Shown in pieces: positions 17,254 to 24,962 of a stretch of 59,730 bases of DNA (position 1 is the first letter of the stretch; every line of letters starts with the position of its first letter). The DNA lies in assembly GCA_035935775.1 (NCBI GenBank), contig DASYWT010000199.1, forward strand, positions 1-59,730, written 5' to 3'. The translations under genes and the position numbers were made by a program. This DNA comes from Terriglobales bacterium. Its GTDB lineage: Bacteria; Acidobacteriota; Terriglobia; Terriglobales; Acidobacteriaceae. The notes beneath the pieces are model-generated. The model made no database searches. It saw only the letters and a program-made list of their open reading frames with translations, and was not told the DNA's origin.

Positions 17254-17393
17254 TGTCATCCTGAGCGAGGGCGAATTGAGCGCAGCGAAATGAGCCCGAG
17301 TCGAAGGACCCTGCGTGTTTCGGCCATGGGGAAACGCAAGGTGCTTCGACTCGCCGTCACCGCTTGCGCGGCTCCGGCTCGCTCAGCATGACA
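17254..17393. mobile_element. MITE-like 140-bp element with 16-bp terminal inverted repeats
   Basis: tgtcatcctgagcgag (17254-17269) versus the reverse complement of ctcgctcagcatgaca (17378-17393) gives 15/16 matches. The internal sequence is shared with half copies at 11221 and 22836. No target-site duplication is evident. Confidence 0.65.
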
Positions 17394-17440
17394 GAGGAAA
17401 GTTACCTGATTATTCAGCACAGCTTGTCGATCAGAACGCC

Positions 17441-20023
17441 TCAGCGCCGCTTGTGCTTGCGTTCGCTCCGCGCCGGTCGCTCCGCAAACAGCGCGAACTG
17501 GATCTTCTTCTGCACCGGGTCAATGCGGTCCACAAGCACCCGTACCTGGTCGCCCAGGCTAAAGGTCCTGCGGCTGCGCTGGCCGATAATCTGCCTGGTG
17601 TTCTCGTGGTAGGTGTAGCGGTCGTCGGTCAGGGTGGAGAGCGGCACCAGGCCCTCAACAAACAATTCGGTCAGCTCCACGAACAGGCCAAACTTGGTCA
17701 CGCTGACAATCAGCCCGTCGAAATCTTCCCCCACGCGGTCCTCCATGAATTTGACCTTCTTCCACTCCATCAATTCGCGTTCGGCATCGTCGGCGCGGCG
17801 CTCGGCCTGGCTCGACTCTTCAGCGATTTCGTGCAGCACTTCGAGAGGAATTGGCTCCGTGACTTTCGATGAAGTCCTCGCGGGCGAGAGCCTGCCCTGA
17901 GCTTGCCGAAGGGGCGCCCGCGCCACAAAGCCTGGCTTGGCCTTCGGGCTGGAAAACACTTCCTGCCGCTCTGACCACGGGCTTGCCGCAGCCTCGCTGG
18001 CCAGCGGTACCCCTTTCCCGACCGCCACGCCATGCTCGTGAGCTTCCGCCGACTGATGCAGCGCGTCCTTCAAAATACGGTGGATGATCAGGTCGGGATA
18101 GCGGCGGATGGGCGAAGTGAAATGTGTATAGGTAGCCGTGGCCAGGGCGAAGTGCCCTTCGTTCTCCTCCGAGTAACGCGCCTGCTTCAGCGAACGCAGC
18201 ATGAGGTAGGAAAGGATCTGCTCTTCCGGCTTGCCGGCGATTTTCTGCGTCAGCTTCTGGTACATGCGCGGAGTAATGTGCACTTCCTTGGGCAGTTCCG
18301 TTTCGCGCGGGCGCTTCCCGGTGCCATAGCTGGCCCGCCGGTCGGTCTTAAACTGGAAACGCTGCACTGGCAGGGCGCCCACACCGAGTGAATAGCCGAA
18401 CGCCGCGGCGATACTCTCAAACTCGTAAACCCGCTTGGGATCGGGCTTTTCGTGAATGCGGTAGAGCGACGGGATGGCCTTATGCTCCAGATAATGAGCC
18501 ACGCACTCGTTCGCGGAGAGCATGAACTCCTCGATCAGCCGGTGCGCGATATTGCGCTCGGAGCGTGTGATGCTGCGCATCAAGCCGAATGCGTCGAACT
18601 CGATGACCGGCTCGGGCAAATCGAAGTCAATGGACCCGCGGCGCTCGCGCTTGCGGTTGAGGATCATCGCCAGGTCGCGCATCAGCTCAAAATTGCCCGC
18701 CAGGCGCTCATAACGTTTGCGTACGCCCGGATCGCCCTCCAGAATGAAGTTGACGTCCGTGTAGGTCATGCGCTCGGCTGAGCGGATCACCCCCGGATTC
18801 ACCTCGTACCCGCGAATCTCGCCCTGGTGGTCAATTTCCATGGTGCATGACATCACCAGTCGGTCCACGTGCGGCCGCAGGCTGCAAATATTGGTGGAAA
18901 GCTCGATCGGAAGCATGGGCACGGCGCGGTCAGGGAAGTAAACAGAATTTCCGCGAAGGCGCGCCTCGCGGTCAAGCGCCGAGTCTTCGTTCACATAGTG
19001 GGCGACATCGGCGATGTGCACCTGCAACTCGAAGTTGCCGTTCTCCAGGCGCCGCACCAAGACCGCATCGTCGAAATCCCGGGCCGTCTCGCCGTCAATG
19101 GTGACAATCGGCAGGCTGCGGTATTCGCGCCGGTGCTGCAGTTCGCGGGCGGAGATGATGTCTTCCACCGCCTGCGCTTCTTCCAGTACCTCGCCTGGAA
19201 AGCGATGGGGCAGGTGGTACTTGCGGATGACAATTTCCACGTCCACGCCGAAATCGTCCTCATACCCCAGAATCTCGATCACCCGCCCCCGCGGGTTCTG
19301 AGTCGGCGTGGGCCACTCCGTGATCTCGGCGTCAACCACCACGCCTTCCAGGTCCTCCCAGGCGACAGCGCGGTGCTTCACCTCCTCGCCAATCACACGA
19401 TGCCGACTGGTAGCGCCGGCATCTTGCCGGCTGTCTCGCGGGCGTCCCGCCCGGGTATGGGCCGCCGGGACGGCGGAGCTACTTCCGGTTTCAGGGACTT
19501 CCATCCCCCGCGGAATGATCACATCCAGCGTGATCTTTTCATCCATGGGCCGCACGTAGTTGTAGCGCGGTCCGTAGTGGAAGGTGCCGACCACCGTCGG
19601 GTGCGCGCGTCCCAGAACGCGCAAGATGCGTCCTTCGGAGCGTCCATCGGAGCGGATTGTCCCCATCTCCACCAGCACCCGGTCGCCGTGCATAGCCGAG
19701 CCGATGGCATTGGCGTGAATATAAATGTCGCCCTTGATGCGCTGCTGCACCTCCGCACTCTCGGGAATGACGAAGCCGTAACCGTCGCGGTGCATGGTCA
19801 GCCGGCCCGTGACCGCGTTCTTACTCTTCGCGGTCTGGGGAATGGCATAACGGTCGCCATCGGTTTCCACCAGTTCGCCCCGCGCCACCAGTTGCCGCAG
19901 CCGCTCCGCCAGTTCGCGCCGGTCGTTGCCGCGCACGCCCAGTTCACGCACCAACTGCTTGTAACCCGCCGTATGTCGCGGCTGGCGCTCAATTTTCTTC
20001 AGAATGGCGGAATCGGAAACCAT
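17441..20023 (-). CDS. rnr: Ribonuclease R
   Basis: N-terminal OB/cold-shock-like folds, RNB catalytic block (VTIDGETARDFDDAV), C-terminal S1 domain (FDGLIVSVTKFGLFVEL) and a basic tail. ATG 20023 (MVSDSAILKKIE) is preferred over TTG 20056. Confidence 0.95.
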   Translation of the reverse strand: MVSDSAILKKIERQPRHTAGYKQLVRELGVRGNDRRELAERLRQLVARGELVETDGDRYAIPQTAKSKNAVTGRLTMHRDGYGFVIPESAEVQQRIKGDIYIHANAIGSAMHGDRVLVEMGTIRSDGRSEGRILRVLGRAHPTVVGTFHYGPRYNYVRPMDEKITLDVIIPRGMEVPETGSSSAVPAAHTRAGRPRDSRQDAGATSRHRVIGEEVKHRAVAWEDLEGVVVDAEITEWPTPTQNPRGRVIEILGYEDDFGVDVEIVIRKYHLPHRFPGEVLEEAQAVEDIISARELQHRREYRSLPIVTIDGETARDFDDAVLVRRLENGNFELQVHIADVAHYVNEDSALDREARLRGNSVYFPDRAVPMLPIELSTNICSLRPHVDRLVMSCTMEIDHQGEIRGYEVNPGVIRSAERMTYTDVNFILEGDPGVRKRYERLAGNFELMRDLAMILNRKRERRGSIDFDLPEPVIEFDAFGLMRSITRSERNIAHRLIEEFMLSANECVAHYLEHKAIPSLYRIHEKPDPKRVYEFESIAAAFGYSLGVGALPVQRFQFKTDRRASYGTGKRPRETELPKEVHITPRMYQKLTQKIAGKPEEQILSYLMLRSLKQARYSEENEGHFALATATYTHFTSPIRRYPDLIIHRILKDALHQSAEAHEHGVAVGKGVPLASEAAASPWSERQEVFSSPKAKPGFVARAPLRQAQGRLSPARTSSKVTEPIPLEVLHEIAEESSQAERRADDAERELMEWKKVKFMEDRVGEDFDGLIVSVTKFGLFVELTELFVEGLVPLSTLTDDRYTYHENTRQIIGQRSRRTFSLGDQVRVLVDRIDPVQKKIQFALFAERPARSERKHKRR

Positions 20024-20080
20024 AGTACGTACGTGCTTTAGATAAAGCCCTGGCAACGGGCCATTCGCGGCCCGCAGGCA

Positions 20081-20096
20081 TTGGGACTAGTCCCAA
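20081..20096. promoter_or_regulatory. Perfect 16-bp palindrome TTGGGACTAGTCCCAA upstream of rnr
   Basis: Read directly. It lies 58 nt upstream of ATG 20023 (25 nt upstream of TTG 20056) in the 334-bp rnr/bactofilin divergent intergenic region. An operator role is an inference. Confidence 0.35.
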
Positions 20097-20390
20097 CGTA
20101 ATAGTTCAACGCGGGCGATTCTCACTTACTCTATCGTAAGCGCGAAACCAACATGGGGATAGGGCCTTTGCCGAACGCAAGAACCCGCTGCCCAGGAGTT
20201 ATCAAGCAGCACGGCGGGCTGGTTCAGATGTGGTGAGCGCGGCGTGCCGTTAACAGCCGGGCAGTTTTCCTCAGGGGGCCGTGATTTCCACAACTCGCGG
20301 CTTGGACCTGCAGGGTAGAATGCGGAGTTAAAGACTCCCAAACATGGCTGGAAGCGCCACCTTACTTCAACCAATGAGAAAGGATTTATC

Positions 20391-20936
20391 TTGAACATGT
20401 GGAAGCCCACAAATCAGCCAACTCCTAGCCCGAAGCCGTTCAGCCCCGAAGCGGAGCGTCCGGTTACTCCATCGCTTTCTTCGTCTGCTCCGGAGAGCTC
20501 GCCGGCCCCGGTCAGCCGTCCCAGCACGGTGGGCACCACCGCCGAGCAGGCCACGATCGGCAAATCCCTGGTCATCAAGGGCGAGGTTACGGGATCGGAG
20601 TCTCTCTATATTGACGGACGGGTGGAAGGCTCCATCAACCTGGCCGGCAATCGTGTCACCATCGGACGCAACGGCGTGGTGGCCGCCAACATCAATGCGC
20701 GCGAAATCGTGGTGCTGGGCAAAGTGCGCGGCAATCTCACTGCCAGCGACCGCGTGGATATCCGCAATGACGGTTCGCTGACTGGCGACGTGATTGCTGC
20801 CCGCATCAGCATCGAAGATGGCGCTTTCTTCAAGGGCGGCATTGACATTCGCAAGCCCGGGCAGAAGGCTAACGGCGACGCTAAGGACGTGGAAACACCC
20901 ACCGTCAGCGCCGCCCGCGCCGGCGCCAGCAACTAG
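20391..20936 (+). CDS. Bactofilin-family cytoskeletal protein
   Basis: The beta-helical core SLVIKGEVTGSESLYIDGRVEGSINLAGNRVTIGRNGVVAANINAREIVVLGKVRGNLTASDRVDIRNDGSLTGDVIAARISIEDGAFFKG is flanked by Pro/Ser-rich tails. The ATG at 20397 is an alternative start. Confidence 0.85.
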   Translation: MNMWKPTNQPTPSPKPFSPEAERPVTPSLSSSAPESSPAPVSRPSTVGTTAEQATIGKSLVIKGEVTGSESLYIDGRVEGSINLAGNRVTIGRNGVVAANINAREIVVLGKVRGNLTASDRVDIRNDGSLTGDVIAARISIEDGAFFKGGIDIRKPGQKANGDAKDVETPTVSAARAGASN

Positions 20937-21093
20937 CTCGCGGCGACGGAGCGAAACAAACTGCCGCGCTCGTGTCGCTGCATGCCAACAATAATGCTCC
21001 CCATCGGGCGCCCGCCGCGGCGCCCGAAAATTTTTGAGAGCAGCGCTTGCCATTTAACACTTCGCACTTGGCCGCGAGGTGATGTTGTATTTC

Positions 21094-21132
21094 CTGACTC
21101 CTGACCCCTGACTCCTCACTCCTGACTCCTGC
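21094..21132. repeat. (CTGACTC)n heptamer array, 5.5 units, 2 nt from the murJ stop codon
   Basis: ctgactc ctgaccc ctgactc ctcactc ctgactc ctgc, read directly. On the murJ mRNA strand the unit is GGAGUCA. Confidence 0.9.
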
Positions 21133-21134
21133 TT

Positions 21135-22766
21135 TTACGGTTCTATCCCCGCGCTCAACTCCTCCGCGTGTTTTTCCGCCACATGAGGATAGGTAGTTCG
21201 CTGTCCGCGGGCCCGCAAGGCCTGCGGTAGCTTGGAGCGTGTGGCCCACAGTCCCATTGCTACTGCGGCTGCCCAGGTAATCGAAACCAGGAAGAGCCGG
21301 AGAAAATCGGCTGCCCGGCTGCCGGTCAGGTCAATGGATTGGGCCACGCCGTAGCTTAGCGCCAGGGCGAACAGCGCAGTGAAGGCAGCCTTGCCCAGTT
21401 CTTTCCAGGGCAAGGCAGAGGTCATCACCAGCTTGCGCCGGTGCAGCAGCAGGGCCAGGGCCACCGTGTTAGCGAAGATGCCCAGGTCGGAGGCAATGGT
21501 CAGGCCCTTCACGGAAAATGTCCTGAACAGCGCGGCATACAAGGGCAGCGAGGCCAGGGTAATGATGCTGCTGGCGATCATGGGAGTGAGCGTGTCGCCG
21601 GCGGCATAGAAAGCGCGCGCGTACAGCGCCTGCGCTGACCAGAAAGCCAGAGAAATAGCGAACCAGAAGAAGTAAACCGCAGTTTCGCCCGAATCGGAAA
21701 AGTGGAAGCGCCCGCGCCGGTAGAGGATGTCAATCAGCGGCAGCGCTGCGGCCATCATCCAGGCGGTGGCCAGGAACGAAACCGCTGTGATGCGGTACAC
21801 GGAATTGTTCACCGTGTCCCGGAACCCCTGCAGGCGCTTTTCATTGAACAGCCGCGCAAAGAAGGGCAGCGATGCCTGGCCTGTGGCCTGGCCCAGCACC
21901 GCGATGGGCACCAGAAACAGTCGCTTGGCGTAGTTCAGCCGCGTGATATCGCCGACGCCGCCCGAGGCAAAGTAGCGCAGGATCCAGTCATCCGCCGTCA
22001 CCAGCGACACGCCCAGCATCAGCGGAATAGAAAGCTTCACCCAGCTGCGAAAGGCGGCATTTTTCAGATCGAATGATGGCCGGTAGCCGGTGCCCACGCG
22101 CCGCGCCCCGATGGCGTTCACCAGGAACGGTCCCACAAAGCTGCCGAACAATGCGCCAAAAGCCAGGGAGGAGATCCCAAAATGGCGCCCCAGGGTCACG
22201 CCGCCGAGAATAATGAAGACGTTGTAGAGCAGCGGGCCGAACGCCGGCAACAGGAAGAGACGGCGCGATAGCAGCACGGCGGAAACGACGCCACCGACGT
22301 AGAAAAATACCTGCGCCGGCAACAAAATGCGCGTGAGGTGAACACACAGCCGCATTTCGTCGGGGCCGAAATGGGGGAAGAGATGGCGTTCGATGTGGGG
22401 TGCGAAAATTTCTGCCAGGACGATGCCGAAGCCCAGCACCACCGTCATTACTGTGATGATGACGGAAAAAGTCTTTTGCGCCTCGTCTTCCTGCTTTTCC
22501 GCCAGGAACTTGGTGTAGATGGCGATAAAGGTGATGGAGGCGGTGCCGCCCGCCACCAGATAATTGAGCCAGTCGGGCAGGGTGAAGGCGGCGTTGTAGG
22601 CGTCGGTGGCGTGGCCGGCGCCGAAGGCATAAGCAATGTAGGCCTCGCGAAAGAAGCCGATCACCCGCGAAAGCATCACCGCAACCATCAGCAGCACGGT
22701 GGCGGAGAGCTCGCTGTGCTCGTGGGACGGCCGCAACTGCCTCAGGATTCGCTGGCGCAAGCCCAT
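21135..22766 (-). CDS. murJ: Lipid II flippase MurJ (MviN family)
   Basis: 543-aa polytopic protein with the typical N-terminus LSRVIGFFREAYIAYAFGAG and a MurJ-like hydrophobic layout throughout. Confidence 0.9.
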   Translation of the reverse strand: MGLRQRILRQLRPSHEHSELSATVLLMVAVMLSRVIGFFREAYIAYAFGAGHATDAYNAAFTLPDWLNYLVAGGTASITFIAIYTKFLAEKQEDEAQKTFSVIITVMTVVLGFGIVLAEIFAPHIERHLFPHFGPDEMRLCVHLTRILLPAQVFFYVGGVVSAVLLSRRLFLLPAFGPLLYNVFIILGGVTLGRHFGISSLAFGALFGSFVGPFLVNAIGARRVGTGYRPSFDLKNAAFRSWVKLSIPLMLGVSLVTADDWILRYFASGGVGDITRLNYAKRLFLVPIAVLGQATGQASLPFFARLFNEKRLQGFRDTVNNSVYRITAVSFLATAWMMAAALPLIDILYRRGRFHFSDSGETAVYFFWFAISLAFWSAQALYARAFYAAGDTLTPMIASSIITLASLPLYAALFRTFSVKGLTIASDLGIFANTVALALLLHRRKLVMTSALPWKELGKAAFTALFALALSYGVAQSIDLTGSRAADFLRLFLVSITWAAAVAMGLWATRSKLPQALRARGQRTTYPHVAEKHAEELSAGIEP

Positions 22767-22835
22767 GCTAGTTGCAGGTTAACCCAGATGCGTGTGGATT
22801 AGGGCCGCCGGTACTCTAATAGACACCTGAAGGAT

Positions 22836-22906
22836 TGTCATCCTGAGCTCAGCGAATGAGCTTTGCGAAGGAGCGCCGCGAAGGACCTGCTTTTCGTCGG
22901 CCATGG
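22836..22906. repeat. Half copy of the GTCATCCTGAGC repeat family
   Basis: tgtcatcctgagctcagcgaatgagctttgcgaaggagcgccgcgaaggacctgcttttcgtcggccatgg. It shares the left terminus and the cgaaggacc..tgc..tttcg..ggccatgg block with 17254-17393. Confidence 0.7.
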
Positions 22907-23071
22907 CAAAGACGTTGCCAGCACCGTTTCTACCGATGTACACATTCACCGCGCGCCACCTCGCATACCCGTAGAGACGTAACTTGTTAGGTCTCACTCG
23001 CGGTCAATTCATCCGCGCAAATCCGTAGCATGCTTTTGACTTCGCCCCAGCGCGCACAAGATAATTCCTGC

Positions 23072-24436
23072 ATGTCCGAGCCCGCTCGCTCCCAGCCCCG
23101 CTCCGCGGTTTTCCGCCGCTCCTTCAGCAAATCCTTTCCCGCCGCCGTACGCGGAGAAGGCGCCCTGCTGTGGGATTCCGCGGGCAAGCAGTACCTCGAT
23201 TTTTCCGGCTCCGCCGCCGTCAATTTAATCGGCCACGGTGTGCGCGAAATCGCGGATGCCATGACGGAGCAGGCGCGCGCGCTGGAATTCGTTCATACCA
23301 GCCAGTTCACGACGCCCGTGGCGGAAGAGTATGCCCGCGAGCTGCTGGAGTTTGCCGGTGAGAATTTTCGCTGCGGCGCTGTGTTCTTCACCTGCGGCGG
23401 CTCAGAAGCGGTGGAGAGCGCACTGAAGCTGGCGCGCCAGTACCAGGTGGAAATCGGGCAGAAGCAGCGTTTCCAGGTTTTCAGCCGCCGCCAGAGTTAT
23501 CACGGAGCCACGCTGGGCGCGCTGGCGGTTTCCGGCAATGTGCGCCGGCGCGAAATTTATTTGCCCATGGTGCGAGAGTTTGAGCAGGTCTCGCTGCCCT
23601 ATTGCTATCGCTGCCGCTACGACTGCAAGAATTGCGGGCAGCAGTACGCCGCCGAACTTGAGCGGGCGCTGGCAGCAAGCAAAAATGAAGCCTCCGCCTT
23701 CATCTTTGAGCCCGTGAGTGGCGCGACGCTGGGGGCGGCCGTCCCGCCGCAAGGCTATCTGCAGGAAATCGCCGCTATTTGCCGCCGCCACGGCATTCTG
23801 CTCGTTGCCGACGAAGTCATGACCGGCATGGGGCGCACCGGCCGCAACTTCGCCGTTGAACACTGGGGCGTCGCCCCCGACATCATCGTTACCGCCAAGG
23901 GCATGTCCAGCGGCTACGCGCCCCTTGGTGCGGTGATTGCCGGCGCGCGCGTGGTGGACGCCATCGCCAACGGCTCCGGCAGCTTTACCCACGGCTTCAC
24001 TTACAACGCGCACCCGGTGTCGGTGGCGGTTGGCCGGGCCGTGCTGCGGCACATTCGCGAGCGCAAGCTGGTAGAAGCGGCATCGCAGCAGGGTGCGGCA
24101 GGCGCGGCGCTGAAATCCGCCCTGGAAGAGTTGCGCGATCTGCCTGCGGTTGGCGATGTGCGCGGCATGGGGCTGCTCTGGGGCATCGAGTTCGTGGCCG
24201 ATAAGAAGACCAAACAGCCTTTTCCCATGGAACTGAACTTCGCCGGGCGTGTAGGCCAGGCCGCAGCCGCTCGCGGTTTGCTGGTCTATCCCATGCAGGG
24301 ATGCGTGGATGGCTACGCCGGCGACCACCTGCTGATCGCCCCGCCCGCGGTGATTGCAGGCGAACAGATCCAGTGGGCGGTGGACGCGTTAGCAGCTGCC
24401 GTGAATGATGTCGCCACGGCCCGTGGCGAAAAATAG
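23072..24436 (+). CDS. Class III (omega-type) PLP-dependent aminotransferase
   Basis: DEVMTGMGRTG and VTAKGMSSGYAPLG (Schiff-base Lys region). Length and layout fit the class III fold. Likely start is ATG 23072. Confidence 0.9.
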   Translation: MSEPARSQPRSAVFRRSFSKSFPAAVRGEGALLWDSAGKQYLDFSGSAAVNLIGHGVREIADAMTEQARALEFVHTSQFTTPVAEEYARELLEFAGENFRCGAVFFTCGGSEAVESALKLARQYQVEIGQKQRFQVFSRRQSYHGATLGALAVSGNVRRREIYLPMVREFEQVSLPYCYRCRYDCKNCGQQYAAELERALAASKNEASAFIFEPVSGATLGAAVPPQGYLQEIAAICRRHGILLVADEVMTGMGRTGRNFAVEHWGVAPDIIVTAKGMSSGYAPLGAVIAGARVVDAIANGSGSFTHGFTYNAHPVSVAVGRAVLRHIRERKLVEAASQQGAAGAALKSALEELRDLPAVGDVRGMGLLWGIEFVADKKTKQPFPMELNFAGRVGQAAAARGLLVYPMQGCVDGYAGDHLLIAPPAVIAGEQIQWAVDALAAAVNDVATARGEK

Positions 24437-24792
24437 CTATTCTTGACCTGATTGTGTTTTCGCGCGTCGTCGGAGGTGGGTCGGGCCTTGCTTATCGAAA
24501 ACAAATCACTCAGAGCTACCCGGTAGTCCTGGTACTTGGCGATCTCCTGTCGCGCTTCGTCTACGATTTTGTCTGCCCGCTCCTGGTCGCCGGGGCGCAG
24601 AGGCCGCAGCGTCGTCATCTGCATGTGCGGACCCATGTCCATGTGGTGCGATTCCATCGCCTCCATGGCGTGGTCGGCGCCGGGCGCGCTCGACATTCCT
24701 GGCATGTTGGACATTTCCTGGCCCTGCCCCCATCCCAGTCCGGTTAGCAGGCACGCGCTAAGGCAGATGGCTATCCGTTGAACTCGGCTCAT
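24313..24792 (-). pseudogene. Met/His-rich periplasmic protein, probably 3-prime truncated
   Basis: RBS plus ATG 24792, signal peptide MSRVQRIAICLSACLLTGLGWG, then MSNMPGMSSAPGADHAMEAMESHHMDMGPHMQMT and a short helical block ending YRVALSD. After that the ORF runs as low-plausibility sequence 124 bp into the convergent aminotransferase gene. Confidence 0.5.
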
Positions 24793-24962
24793 CTTTCCAC
24801 CCTCGCAATGGATAAACCCTACATCAGCGCGCACGTTGCTGGGACAATGGTTCTTGGGAACGAGTTACGGCCGTAACAGCAGGTGGGGGCGAAGAAAGGC
24901 CTGGACAAGGCGCGCTGCGGCGGCGCACGCCCTACCCAATTAAGGCTGATAAACTAAACTTC

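Noticed and set aside
21094-21132. Heptamer arrays (also 39219-39264) considered as a CRISPR array or mini-array.
   Set aside because: The period is 7 nt with no spacers, there are no cas genes, and the units are far too short. These are microsatellite-like tandem repeats.
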